Shown here one piece after another: positions 44,351 to 54,759 of a stretch of 64,000 nucleotides of DNA; the stretch's first letter is position 1; every line of letters starts with the position of its first letter. The DNA is from a virus. Its lineage: Duplodnaviria; Heunggongvirae; Uroviricota; Caudoviricetes. The DNA is taken from positions 83,381 to 147,380 of the IMG/VR virus record IMGVR_UViG_3300022555_000011; one strand, 5' to 3'. Below the pieces are notes generated by a model, which saw nothing but the letters and a program-made list of their open reading frames with translations, was not told where the DNA came from and searched no databases. The translations under genes were made by a program, and so were the position numbers.

Positions 44351-45550
44351 ATGGCAAAAACACCAGCACTTCATTCATATTTCGGTGGAAAGAATCGTTT
44401 CGAAGATTACATAAAACCTATTGTACCATTAAATTATAAAGTATATCTGGAGCCATTTGCTGGCTCGTTTGGCGTTTATTTTTTTCTTGATATGCCAAAA
44501 GATACTAAGGTTATATATAATGATATAAATAGGGATCAGGCAAATTTAGTTGCATGTTCAAAGCAGTATGAAAAATTTTATGATTATCTGAAAAATGAAT
44601 TAGATTCTGTCACAGGATCATTATATTGTAAAGAAACTGATTCTGAATTGATAAAAATTCATTATAAAGAATTATATTATTCATTAAAAAAATCTAACTT
44701 TAGAAATGAAACTTTTAATATTCCAGATTTTAAAAGAGCATCATTATATTCTTTTCTTTTGACATCAGCATTTTCAAGTTGTTCATATACTGCAGCTGGG
44801 TTTAGTGGATTTAAATTGAAAACTTTTTTGAATAAATTGAAAAATGTAGAATTACAAAAAAAATTAGATAAAATAAATATATTTGAGACATTGAGTTTTG
44901 AGGAAATTATAATGAAGTATGATTCGCCAGATACATTTATTTATTTAGATCCTCCGTATAATTCCGTTGAGAAAAAAGGATCAGATGATCAAAGAGCTGG
45001 TTGGTATGGAACAAAAGATGAATTTGGTCAAAAAGAACATATCCAATTGTTAGAATTGTTAAAAACAACAAAATCAAGATGGGCTCTTTCTTATTATGAT
45101 TTCCCAGCATTATCTGAGCACCTTCCAAAAGACAAATATACTTGGTTAGAAAAAGATTTTTTTAGATCATCTGCAAGTTTTTCAGATACTAAAGATACAA
45201 AAGGTACGGAATTACTAATTTTAAATTATGATCCTAAACTTATTACAAGTTCAACTCCTATTTCTGAGAAATTAGTTGATGAAATTGAAGAAGCAAATGG
45301 GGGAGCTTTTATTGCACCATTAAAAGAGGATGTGAAAATACTCAAAGATTTTGTAGAAAAACTTGTATCAAATCAGAAGGATCTTGAACCAGAATATGCA
45401 AAAGTTGTAAATGATCATTTTTGGGAATTAGTTGAAAAGAAAGACTTGAAAGTTGAAGAAGTTAAGAAGGATTTGAAAGTTGAAGAAGTTAAGAAAGACT
45501 TGAACGTTGAAGAAGTAAAAAAAGAAGAAATAGATGACTTTTGGTTATGA
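44351..45550 (+). CDS. Dam-type N6-adenine DNA methyltransferase
   Basis: EPFAGSFGVYFF (motif I), IYLDPPYN (motif IV); C-terminal KKDLKVEEV x3. Confidence 0.7.
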   Translation: MAKTPALHSYFGGKNRFEDYIKPIVPLNYKVYLEPFAGSFGVYFFLDMPKDTKVIYNDINRDQANLVACSKQYEKFYDYLKNELDSVTGSLYCKETDSELIKIHYKELYYSLKKSNFRNETFNIPDFKRASLYSFLLTSAFSSCSYTAAGFSGFKLKTFLNKLKNVELQKKLDKINIFETLSFEEIIMKYDSPDTFIYLDPPYNSVEKKGSDDQRAGWYGTKDEFGQKEHIQLLELLKTTKSRWALSYYDFPALSEHLPKDKYTWLEKDFFRSSASFSDTKDTKGTELLILNYDPKLITSSTPISEKLVDEIEEANGGAFIAPLKEDVKILKDFVEKLVSNQKDLEPEYAKVVNDHFWELVEKKDLKVEEVKKDLKVEEVKKDLNVEEVKKEEIDDFWL

Positions 45551-45999
45551 GAACAGAATATTTATTGTTGTGTAAAAAGAATTACTATTCTGATAGTGGA
45601 AATACTTTTTTAAATTTATTTAAGAAGCCTATGTTTGTAAAGGGTCAAAAGTATAAAGTTGTAAAAGAAGTTATTACTTTTCCATATTCAACATCAAATG
45701 CTTCTGCATATTCAACAACATCAACAACACCTAGTTCTTCTGGTTCAACATCAATATTAATTGCTAATCCTCCATCATATTCAGGATTAACATCAACAAC
45801 CACAACAAGTATTGGATCAACAACAACAACGACTACATCTACAACATATCCAGCTAGTTATAATTGGACGAGTTATACTATAAATAGTACTCAAATTTCT
45901 GAAACATTTATATCTGATTATTTTTACACATTAAGAGAAGAGAGACAAATTAAATTATCTAAATTAAAGGAAGTCAATGAAAAAGAAGAAATATTATAG
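45541..45999 (+). CDS. Ser/Thr-rich hypothetical protein
   Basis: ORF track. Confidence 0.4.
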   Translation: MVMRTEYLLLCKKNYYSDSGNTFLNLFKKPMFVKGQKYKVVKEVITFPYSTSNASAYSTTSTTPSSSGSTSILIANPPSYSGLTSTTTTSIGSTTTTTTSTTYPASYNWTSYTINSTQISETFISDYFYTLREERQIKLSKLKEVNEKEEIL

Positions 46000-46132
46000 A
46001 AAAATAGTTATTGATAATAAAGAATAATTTAAATCCTTGTATATCAGAATCTGGTGGTTTTTATGCTGCTTGTTTAGAAGATGCTTTTACTTATAATGAT
46101 ATGATAGAAATGATAATAAATGATGCATTAAG

Positions 46133-46393
46133 ATGAAAGTTGTGTGTAATTCAATTGATCGCTATTCATACAACAAAGATGAGGTTTATGATTGTGAAAT
46201 AATTTACTATAATAATAAATTGGTTTATCATGTATTAAATCCAGAATGGCATAAAATGATGAGAACATTGTGTAAAGGTGCAAATTATGGATGTTGTGAT
46301 AAATTTCAAAAAGAATATTTTGATAAATATTTCATAGATATAAAAGAACAAAGAAAAATAAAATTGGAAAGAATAAATGCAATTAATATTTAG
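46133..46393 (+). CDS. hypothetical small Cys-rich protein
   Basis: ORF track. Confidence 0.4.
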   Translation: MKVVCNSIDRYSYNKDEVYDCEIIYYNNKLVYHVLNPEWHKMMRTLCKGANYGCCDKFQKEYFDKYFIDIKEQRKIKLERINAINI

Positions 46394-46850
46394 AAATACT
46401 ATAAATTATTTTGATAAATATGTTATTAAAGAAATAGTTGAATCAACTGGTTTCTTTTATGACATTGAGATTCCTATTGCTGTTGGACTTGTAGAAAGTA
46501 CAATTAAAGATGGCGAAGATTATAAATTTTTATTTGCTGAAATTTATGGAAAAACTGTGGCTTATACTTGTTATGGTTCAATTGAAGGTACTATTGGAGG
46601 CTATGATTTATATTGGATAGTCACCCATAATGATTACAGAGGTCAGGGCATAGGCAAATTGTTATTAGAGGAAACTCATCATCGGATAAAGGAAGAAGGT
46701 GGAAGGTATCTTATAGCTGAGACGTCATCAATTGAGAAGTACTTACCAACTCACAAATTTTATGAAAGTAATGGATATATTAAAGAAGCAACCATTAGAG
46801 ATTTTTATAGAATTGGTGATGATAAAATAATTTATTTGAAATTGTTATGA
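46377..46850 (+). CDS. GNAT family acetyltransferase
   Basis: WIVTHNDYRGQGIGKLLLEE. Confidence 0.6.
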   Translation: MQLIFRNTINYFDKYVIKEIVESTGFFYDIEIPIAVGLVESTIKDGEDYKFLFAEIYGKTVAYTCYGSIEGTIGGYDLYWIVTHNDYRGQGIGKLLLEETHHRIKEEGGRYLIAETSSIEKYLPTHKFYESNGYIKEATIRDFYRIGDDKIIYLKLL

Positions 46851-47299
46851 CAGAAGTTATAAAAATAATTATACCATTTGGTGTTAAAAATAAACTTAAT
46901 AGGATTTATACCAAGGAAAATTTTGAGCCACACATTCAAAAATTTTTAGACAATAGACCTAAATATGGAACTTTTATGGATTTAGTAGAGTCAGGAAGTA
47001 TAGATATTAGCAAAATTTCACATTCTATTGATGATATTTGGGTTAAAGATGAAAAGCTGATTGGTAAGATAACAATATTGGACACTCCTTACGGAAAAAT
47101 TCTTCAAAAGTTATATGATAGTGATGAATATTTTTCTGTAAGACCAATGTCTTTAGGCTCTGTTAATTCTGATTGTTTTGTAACGATTAATGAGTTGATA
47201 ACATTCAATATTGCGACTATTGACAATGATCCATACCTTGCAATAAAAGATATTAGAAGAATAAAATTAAAAAAAATAGAAAAAAATTATGAAAGTTAA
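46847..47299 (+). CDS. hypothetical protein
   Basis: ORF track. Confidence 0.45.
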   Translation: MTEVIKIIIPFGVKNKLNRIYTKENFEPHIQKFLDNRPKYGTFMDLVESGSIDISKISHSIDDIWVKDEKLIGKITILDTPYGKILQKLYDSDEYFSVRPMSLGSVNSDCFVTINELITFNIATIDNDPYLAIKDIRRIKLKKIEKNYES

Positions 47300-47350
47300 A
47301 ATTGTAAACAAATCGGAACGTGGTGAAGGCGGATTTGGAAGTACAGGAAA

Positions 47351-47686
47351 ATGAAAGAAGATATGTCAGCATTTATATTGGAAGCAGTTAAGAAAATGAA
47401 CAATTATCTTAAAGATATTATCGTGGTTGAAATTTTGGATACTGAAATGACAAGAAAATATCCAGATAATTACGCAAAATTTGGATATTTGGGCGCTATA
47501 ATTTTATTAACTTGTAATAATAGAAGTCAAAAAATTTTTCTAAAACATAGTTATGCAGAGAATATGTGTTTTTATCCTAGTATGATAGATGGCTTTATGT
47601 GTGATGTTACTAGAGATGATTTGCAAAAAATTATACTTAAATACGACAGAATTAAAAAATTAAAAAAAATAAATGAAGCCAATTAA
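47351..47686 (+). CDS. hypothetical protein
   Basis: ORF track. Confidence 0.45.
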   Translation: MKEDMSAFILEAVKKMNNYLKDIIVVEILDTEMTRKYPDNYAKFGYLGAIILLTCNNRSQKIFLKHSYAENMCFYPSMIDGFMCDVTRDDLQKIILKYDRIKKLKKINEAN

Positions 47687-48014
47687 TGCAACCTGGACAC
47701 AGCGAATGTACGAAGATGTGAAATATTTTGGTATTTTTGAATATAAATTTGAAAGTAAAGAAGAAAGAAAAATTGTTGAAAGACATTTTAATGTTGAACA
47801 TATCCTTACAGATAAAATCTATTATTCAATAGATAATAAAATATTGCGTAAATTAAAACTTTTTAAAATTTCTGATAATGAGATATATAAAATAATTCAG
47901 AAAATACTTGACAATTCAACCGTTGCTAATTTATCGTGGAAACTTAGTGAAGAATTAGCAAAAGAAATAGATAAGGAAATTATAAAAGAGTTATTTAAGT
48001 TAGGAAAAGTTTAA
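47673..48014 (+). CDS. hypothetical protein
   Basis: ORF track. Confidence 0.45.
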   Translation: MKPINATWTQRMYEDVKYFGIFEYKFESKEERKIVERHFNVEHILTDKIYYSIDNKILRKLKLFKISDNEIYKIIQKILDNSTVANLSWKLSEELAKEIDKEIIKELFKLGKV

Positions 48015-48328
48015 TACTTGAAAAATGGATTATCTTTTAATGCATCAAATCCTTTTTCATATCTTTCACAAATTTCAAGAAAATTATCAACTTCATTTTC
48101 TTCGAGATTAAACCATTCACCTTCCATTCTGTTTATTTTATAATAACGATGTACGGCAGTTTCTAATTTTCTATTATATTTCGTAGGGAATTTATATAGT
48201 TCGTATATTTTATAAGGATTGCCAGTTTGTAGAGGTTTTATTCTACTTTGAATTGTTCCTGTGGTGAAACCAATTTTGTAAACTGTATTTGAATCATTTG
48301 TGTTTTCTAATATATAAACAAATCCCAT
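48011..48328 (-). CDS. T5orf172/GIY-YIG-like domain protein
   Basis: GFVYILEN...VYKIGFTTGTIQSRIKPLQTGNP. Confidence 0.5.
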   Translation of the reverse strand: MGFVYILENTNDSNTVYKIGFTTGTIQSRIKPLQTGNPYKIYELYKFPTKYNRKLETAVHRYYKINRMEGEWFNLEENEVDNFLEICERYEKGFDALKDNPFFKY

Positions 48329-48379
48329 AATTATAAAGAATAATTTTTATTATATATTTATAATTATGGGTTTAATTTT

Positions 48380-49489
48380 TTATACTGGTTGAGAATCTGC
48401 TTTAATTTTATTAATAGCAGTTTGAAGATTTTGTTTTTCTTGTGGACCTAATTGATTAGTATCAGCACAATATAATTCTGCGCTATGTTTATAGAATTGT
48501 CCGTCTTTATCTATTAAAAATCTAAGTTGTCCAGTGCCAGGTCTAAAAATAAGAACTACAAGATTTCCTTGAAATCCTCCTTCTAATTTTATTCCTAAAT
48601 CTTCTATTTCCTGTTTTACTTCTGGACTGATTTCATTTATAAGAGATTCTTTAACGCTTTTAACATGATGAATTTGCTTATCAGAAAATCCTGGTTCTTG
48701 AATAACATCACCACCTAATCTCATTTTTGCATTATAAGCATCTGTTTTACTAGGAGTTTCAATAATTATTTTACCATCTTTTTGTTTTAGTTTACCTAAA
48801 TTTGGTCTATCTGATGTTTCTAAATCTGTTTCGTCTATATTAACTTTAACAAAACTATCTTCATATTCACCAACAGATTCTAAAAATTTTCCGAATGTTT
48901 TTATCTTTTTCATATTATGATTTATTTTTTCTTGTTGTATTCTTGGTTGTGCAGATACTGGCTGTTGACTTGCTGGTGGTGTACTATGTACTTTAACTGT
49001 ATCTGTTTGAGGTACAGGAGCTGGTTGAGCAGTTGCAACTGCAGCTTGTTGTACTGATTTTTGTTCTTCTTGTTTTTTTACTTGATATTCATCTTCAGTG
49101 TATTCTACAACTTTAGGATCTATTTTAATATCAATAAATTGACCACCTCTAATTTCACCACTTTCTATTGTACCTTTAAAAAATTTACCTTTATATATGA
49201 TACCTGATTTGAATGTTCCATCTCTCCAAACTCCATTGTACCATACTCCATTTTGCCAAGTGCCGTATCTCCATTCTCCATCTCTCCAAACACCGAAATA
49301 CCAAGAGCCATTATACCAAATACCTGCATTCCAAACTAATGTATTTTCAAATATTTCAAGTCTTGCATTTTTAATTTCAGCATTGACCATCCAATTAAAT
49401 TTGTTTTTAATTAGAATTTCGTCAATCTTCCATTGCTCTGTGTAGGTTTGACCGTTGAATTTAAGTTCGGAGTAACGATTATCAGACAT
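48380..49489 (-). CDS. MORN-repeat protein
   Basis: YNGSWYFGVWRDGEWRYGTWQNGVWYNGVWRDGTF. Confidence 0.45.
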   Translation of the reverse strand: MSDNRYSELKFNGQTYTEQWKIDEILIKNKFNWMVNAEIKNARLEIFENTLVWNAGIWYNGSWYFGVWRDGEWRYGTWQNGVWYNGVWRDGTFKSGIIYKGKFFKGTIESGEIRGGQFIDIKIDPKVVEYTEDEYQVKKQEEQKSVQQAAVATAQPAPVPQTDTVKVHSTPPASQQPVSAQPRIQQEKINHNMKKIKTFGKFLESVGEYEDSFVKVNIDETDLETSDRPNLGKLKQKDGKIIIETPSKTDAYNAKMRLGGDVIQEPGFSDKQIHHVKSVKESLINEISPEVKQEIEDLGIKLEGGFQGNLVVLIFRPGTGQLRFLIDKDGQFYKHSAELYCADTNQLGPQEKQNLQTAINKIKADSQPV

Positions 49490-50830
49490 ATTTATATTAT
49501 ATTTTTATTATATATAAATTTTTAATTTTAATTTTTACAATATGTTATTATATATAGTTCTGTAATTTCTTACATTCTTTTCCTAATTCTATGACTGAAC
49601 TAATGTTCTGGTCTTCAAAGGCGTTAATTTGGGTGAACTCAACCCTATTTTTAAAATTCGTTTTCCTTCATTTTCAATATTCTTTGCGGCATTAAAATCT
49701 CTATCGTGATTTGAACCACATTTTGGACAAATCCAATTGCGATCATTTAATGTTAAATCATCTTTCTTATATCCACAATTAGAACATAATTTACTTGAAG
49801 GAAACCATCTATCTATTTCAATTATATCTCTACCATACCAACTTGCTTTATATTTTAATATTTCTTTAAATCTATATAAACTTAATTCATTTATTGATTT
49901 TGCTAAACAATGATTTTTAATCATTCCTTTAACATTTAAATTTTCTATTACTATAACTTGGTTTTCGTTAAGTAATTTATTTGTAATCGAATGTAGATAG
50001 TATTCTTTTTTATTATTTAATTTTTCGTAAAATCTTGCTAATTTAATTCTTGACTTTTCTTTATTCTTGCTATTATTTTCTTTTCTTGAATGCAATTGAT
50101 GAAGTTTTTTTAACTTATCTTCATTATTTCTTCTAATCTTGATATTATCAAAATTAATTCCATCAGAACCAACAATGAAAGTTTTTATACCAACATCAAT
50201 TCCAATTACTTTATTAGTATTTGGTAATTTTTTATTATTATCTCTATCAATTAAAATAGATAAATAATATTTATTTGATCTTGTTTTTGTTAGTGTTATT
50301 GATTTTATCTTTTTTTGATTTTTATTAATAAATTTTTCATCATTTTTTGAACATTTATAATGAATACAATTTAACGACCTAGTTAAATTTATCATATTGC
50401 CTGTTATTCCAATAATAGCATCACTAGGAAATCTACAAGATTGTTTGTTGTCTTTTTTTGATTTAAATTTTGGAAATCCATAATCATTTTTGAAAAATGA
50501 TTTATATGCGCTTTCTAGATTTATGAGTGTTTGTTGAATAACTTTAGAATGACTATCTCTAATCCAAATATACTCAGTTTTTAGTGATGTTAGATATTTT
50601 CCAACTTCCCCAAACGAAGTAGATTTTTTATTTTCATTATATTCATTTATTTTATATGATAAGCAATTATTATAAACAAATCTACAAGTACCCAGCATCT
50701 TATTTATATAAGATTGCTGATTTTCGTTTGGATAAATTTTTATTTTAATTGCCTTTAACATAAGTATAATAATTTTATACTCTATATATAAATAAAATAA
50801 AGTCATATTTTTCTATTTTTGTAACTTTCT
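49490..50830 (-). mobile_element. tnpB-only IS200/IS605-like element (ends not defined)
   Basis: TnpB ORF; no tnpA seen. Confidence 0.3.
49589..50806 (-). CDS. tnpB: TnpB (IS200/IS605 OrfB) RuvC-like nuclease with C-terminal zinc finger
   Basis: N-term IKIKIYPNENQQSYINKMLGTCRFVYNNCL; GIDVGIK; CSNCGYKK...CPKCGSNHDRDFNAAKNI. Confidence 0.75.
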   Translation of the reverse strand: MTLFYLYIEYKIIILMLKAIKIKIYPNENQQSYINKMLGTCRFVYNNCLSYKINEYNENKKSTSFGEVGKYLTSLKTEYIWIRDSHSKVIQQTLINLESAYKSFFKNDYGFPKFKSKKDNKQSCRFPSDAIIGITGNMINLTRSLNCIHYKCSKNDEKFINKNQKKIKSITLTKTRSNKYYLSILIDRDNNKKLPNTNKVIGIDVGIKTFIVGSDGINFDNIKIRRNNEDKLKKLHQLHSRKENNSKNKEKSRIKLARFYEKLNNKKEYYLHSITNKLLNENQVIVIENLNVKGMIKNHCLAKSINELSLYRFKEILKYKASWYGRDIIEIDRWFPSSKLCSNCGYKKDDLTLNDRNWICPKCGSNHDRDFNAAKNIENEGKRILKIGLSSPKLTPLKTRTLVQS

Positions 50831-50882
50831 TATAAGGGAACCACTATAAGAATATATATACTTAAAAAATAATAATTTTGTT

Positions 50883-51692
50883 ATGTCAAGTTTTTATGTA
50901 GATAAAGCAACTGGTGAAAAAGTCAGTATAATAAGTGAGGATACGAATTTTTATGTATTAAATAATAGTGTTAGTATTAAGAAAGATGTCTTTGCTAGAA
51001 AATATGAGCAAGAAGTGGAGATTGACCCTAATAGTTTTTTTAGTACTAACTATTCAACAGATCCATTATTAAATATTGCTAATCAAATCAGAAATATAGA
51101 TAGTAGTAAAGTGAATGAAAATCAAGGTGGTGGTGCTAGTGTTAAATTTGTTCAAGCACCAGTTATTCTTTCTGATACATCATTACCACCAGGAGGTGTT
51201 GTAAAACAACCTCAAATGGAAGGTGAAATTAAACTGTCTAAGGAACAAAAAGATGCTATGTTGGCTCAATGGAGACAAAGTATGCCTGGCGCACAAGGTG
51301 CTCCAGAACCAAAAAATTGGGATGATGAAGAAGAAAGACTCTTTAATGAACTAGATCCTGTTGCAATTCAAGAAGCACAATCAAGACCACAACGTGTTAA
51401 ACCAGTAGAACAACCAAAAGTTGATCCAATTCAAATGATGTTTAAAATGTTTAAAAATAATTATCCAGTTAAATTAAGCGTTTTAATAGAAGAAAATATA
51501 CCTAATCCAACATTTATTGGAATGGTTCAAGAAAATGTTGAAGCTGATGCTGTTGAATATTATGCAAATTTAATATCAGACAAATTATTAAAAGATCCTT
51601 CTAAACTTAAAGATCAAATTTATAATCAACTTAAAAGTATTATAAATAAAGAGTTGGGTATTGTAGAGGAAGAAAAAGAAAAAGAAGAATAA
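50883..51692 (+). CDS. hypothetical protein
   Basis: ORF track. Confidence 0.5.
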   Translation: MSSFYVDKATGEKVSIISEDTNFYVLNNSVSIKKDVFARKYEQEVEIDPNSFFSTNYSTDPLLNIANQIRNIDSSKVNENQGGGASVKFVQAPVILSDTSLPPGGVVKQPQMEGEIKLSKEQKDAMLAQWRQSMPGAQGAPEPKNWDDEEERLFNELDPVAIQEAQSRPQRVKPVEQPKVDPIQMMFKMFKNNYPVKLSVLIEENIPNPTFIGMVQENVEADAVEYYANLISDKLLKDPSKLKDQIYNQLKSIINKELGIVEEEKEKEE

Positions 51693-51693
51693 T

Positions 51694-52059
51694 ATGACGA
51701 ACATAGACAATGAACTTATAAGACTTAGAAAGTTTAAGGAGTTTCAAATGAAGATAACCAAAATGTCTGGATATCTTGCTGATTATTATATTGATAGAGC
51801 AATAGAATCTGATGATTATTCTGATATTTCTAGTTATTTGATAGATTATTTTGAAAGTTATGATATTGGATATTTGGTTTCTAAATATAACGAATTTGGA
51901 TTAAATGAAAAAATTGAGGATTTTGATTTTGATATTTCTGAATGGTATAAAGTTAGAGATTCAAAGGAAGTTTTAAGTAACTGGACTGAGACCAAAAATA
52001 TGGATGAAGACGAATATATTCAGTATATGATTGAAAAAAGAAAAAATGAAACAGAATAA
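51694..52059 (+). CDS. hypothetical protein
   Basis: ORF track. Confidence 0.45.
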   Translation: MTNIDNELIRLRKFKEFQMKITKMSGYLADYYIDRAIESDDYSDISSYLIDYFESYDIGYLVSKYNEFGLNEKIEDFDFDISEWYKVRDSKEVLSNWTETKNMDEDEYIQYMIEKRKNETE

Positions 52060-52430
52060 TGATTGCTGAACAATATATTAATGAAGGTATAAGAATAAGA
52101 AAAGCATATATTCAAAACTTAAAAGAGATTTTAAAGCAGGAACCTATTATTTTAGAGAGAAAGAATTTTTTCGAAAAAATAAAAGATGAAATGGAAGCCA
52201 CTGTTAAGTCTGATTTAAATGAAGTTAAAAAAATGTTGGAACTTAATAATAAGTTGATAGTTATAGAGAAAGAAATAAAAAATATTCAAGATATAATTAA
52301 ACCATATTATGATAAAATAGAGAATTTAAAAACAGATAGAGATAAATTGTATTTAGCAATAACAAGCAAGTATCCTGGAATTAAACAGGAAGAGATAGAA
52401 AAAGATATAATGTCTAGAGTTGATGAATGA
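52059..52430 (+). CDS. coiled-coil hypothetical protein
   Basis: ORF track. Confidence 0.45.
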   Translation: MIAEQYINEGIRIRKAYIQNLKEILKQEPIILERKNFFEKIKDEMEATVKSDLNEVKKMLELNNKLIVIEKEIKNIQDIIKPYYDKIENLKTDRDKLYLAITSKYPGIKQEEIEKDIMSRVDE

Positions 52431-52891
52431 AACATTTTTTAATTATATTAGTATTATTATTGTGCAGTTGTGCAACTATGAAGAATTTCTATTCTCAGTA
52501 TGATGCATATTATATTATAAAGCAAAATAATTTATTATTTGTTCAATTAACATTAAATGATAAACCTACATTATTTTTACTTGATACTGGTTCAAGCAAA
52601 TCATTTTTAGATATAAATAAAGCAACAACTTATCATTTCACTTATATAGATAAACCTATTGAAAAATATGCTGGTATTGGAGGTTTGGAAAATATTTACA
52701 CTGTTGTAGATTATGAAATTAAAGGGATGCATATTGCATTTCTTGGCATCAGTTTAGAAGAATTAAATCCATATTTCAAAAAAGATAATTTGAAAATTGC
52801 TGGTCTTATTGGATCTGATTATTTGATTATTAGAAATGCGATAATAGATTATGAAAATTCGATACTTTATTTAAAAAGGGGAAATATATGA
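52427..52891 (+). CDS. retropepsin-like (clan AA) aspartic peptidase, lipoprotein
   Basis: LLLCSC signal; FLLDTGSSKSFLD; AGLIGSDYL. Confidence 0.5.
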   Translation: MKHFLIILVLLLCSCATMKNFYSQYDAYYIIKQNNLLFVQLTLNDKPTLFLLDTGSSKSFLDINKATTYHFTYIDKPIEKYAGIGGLENIYTVVDYEIKGMHIAFLGISLEELNPYFKKDNLKIAGLIGSDYLIIRNAIIDYENSILYLKRGNI

Positions 52892-52998
52892 ATAAAATAG
52901 ATAAAGTTAAAGATTGTTAAATGATGTTAAAATTATATTAAATTGACCTTTTTCGGTATATTTTATTTATATATAATAATAAATAAAAGTATATATAC

Positions 52999-54243
52999 TT
53001 GAAATTAACTGAAAGACATATAATAACAAAATATCATCCTAACTTTAAAGAGTGTGATGATTTATGTTTTAAATCAAAAAATATCTATAACAGGTCACTA
53101 TATCTAATCAAAGAAGACTTGAAAGACAATAAATATGATGTTCTTAATAAATTATTTAATTATATGAAATCAGAAGATTGTTTTAAGGAATTACCTATGA
53201 AAGTTGCGACAGCAACCACAATTCAGGTTCAAAAAATATATAAATCATTCTTTAAATCAATGATATATTATGGTAAAAATCCTACAAAATATAAAAGTAG
53301 GCCAGAACAACCAAGGTTTTTAAGCAAAGAAAAGGGTAGATTTATAATATCGTATAATTATCAAGCAATATCAAAAAAAGTATTTAAGGCAGCAAACAAG
53401 ATCAAACTATCAGGAACAAATATTGAATTTACTACCAAATTAAAAGATTTTGAAACAATTGATTGTGTTAGAATTATACCAAGATTAAATCAGTATATTA
53501 TTGAAGTGTGCTATACTTTTAATGAAAGATCACAGGTTAGAGACAATAAAAGATATGGTTCTATTGATTTAGGTGTAAGCAATTTAGCAACATTCACATC
53601 AAGTATTAAAGGATTTCAACCATTAATTTTTAATGGAAAACCATTAAAATCAATAAATCAGTATTATAATAAAAAAATGGCTTTAATGAAGTCAAAACTT
53701 GAGTTAGTAAATAAGAAAAAATCAAGTAAAAAATTAAGGTTATTAACAAATAAAAGAAACAATAAGGTAGATAATTATTTACATAAAGCAAGCAAAGAAA
53801 TAGTTAAAACTTTAGTTGCTAATAATATGTCAAAATTAGTTATTGGTAAAAATGATGGTTGGAAGTTTGAAACCAAAATGTCAAAGCAATCTAATCAAAA
53901 TTTTATTCAGATACCACATAGTAGATTTATACAAATGATCCAGTATAAATGCGAAAAAGAGGGTATTCGTGTTATCGTTCAAGAAGAAAGTTATACCAGT
54001 AAAGCATCTTTCTTGAATTTAGATGTTATGCCAATTTACGATAAGAATAATGATACCATGCACATATTTAGTGGATATCGTAAATCAAGAGGTTTATATA
54101 AAGTTAAGTCCGATGGACGGTCTATCAATGCTGATATAAATGGTAGTTATAACATATTAAGAAAAGCAATTCCAAATGTTTTTTCAAATGGAATAGAGGG
54201 TTTTGTAGTTAACCCAAAAGTTATTAAATTAACTTTAAACTAA
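52999..54243 (+). CDS. tnpB: TnpB-like RuvC nuclease lacking the C-terminal CxxC zinc finger
   Basis: IDLGVSNLATF, ESYTSKAS, NADINGSYNILRKA. Confidence 0.65.
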   Translation: MKLTERHIITKYHPNFKECDDLCFKSKNIYNRSLYLIKEDLKDNKYDVLNKLFNYMKSEDCFKELPMKVATATTIQVQKIYKSFFKSMIYYGKNPTKYKSRPEQPRFLSKEKGRFIISYNYQAISKKVFKAANKIKLSGTNIEFTTKLKDFETIDCVRIIPRLNQYIIEVCYTFNERSQVRDNKRYGSIDLGVSNLATFTSSIKGFQPLIFNGKPLKSINQYYNKKMALMKSKLELVNKKKSSKKLRLLTNKRNNKVDNYLHKASKEIVKTLVANNMSKLVIGKNDGWKFETKMSKQSNQNFIQIPHSRFIQMIQYKCEKEGIRVIVQEESYTSKASFLNLDVMPIYDKNNDTMHIFSGYRKSRGLYKVKSDGRSINADINGSYNILRKAIPNVFSNGIEGFVVNPKVIKLTLN

Positions 54244-54279
54244 TTTATTTATTTAATATATAACTTAGAAACTATTAGT

Positions 54280-54500
54280 TCTTTGAAAATTTGGGGGTGC
54301 ATGTTTTGACAGTAATGTAGAATGAGGTTATCAGCAAGTATCGCATTGTCTAGAGTGGCGATTAATAAATTAGTGGGTATAAACAATAAATGGCGAAGCA
54401 CATACGCATATCGTTACTTCTAAATCAACAATCGCAGTTGCTGGAACTGTAGTTGAGACCGAAGTTTCTGTAGCCTAAACAGGAAAACCAGAACATTCTT
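54280..54500 (+). ncRNA. candidate TnpB-associated omega-RNA / structured ncRNA
   Basis: 470-bp ORF-free, GC-richer region directly 3' of tnpB; hairpin GGGGAG-TCGTA-TCCCC; terminator at 54678. Confidence 0.3.
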
Positions 54501-54677
54501 TTTCGTAAACGATTTTGAGATTATCATAAATGGTTAGAGGATTTAATAATTACCTTTTCAAAATTATTTATTTTTGTTTGTTTTAGAAAAAATAAAATAA
54601 ACTTGTAGAAGATGCCAAAAGGCGTTATTGGACGGGGAGTCGTATCCCCCACCTCCACATCTGATAATCAGATAGTT

Positions 54678-54712
54678 AAGAGTTGATAAGAAATTATCAA
54701 CTCTTTTTTTGT
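54678..54712 (+). terminator. intrinsic terminator
   Basis: AGAGTTGATAAGAAATTATCAACTCTTTTTTT. Confidence 0.65.
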
Positions 54713-54759
54713 TTTAAATATGGATTAAAATTTTTTTATATATAAAAGAAAAATAAAGA

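Larger units (their letters stand above)
52950..54712 (+). mobile_element. tnpB-only IS200/IS605-like element with long 3' non-coding tail
   Basis: TnpB ORF plus structured downstream region. Confidence 0.3.
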
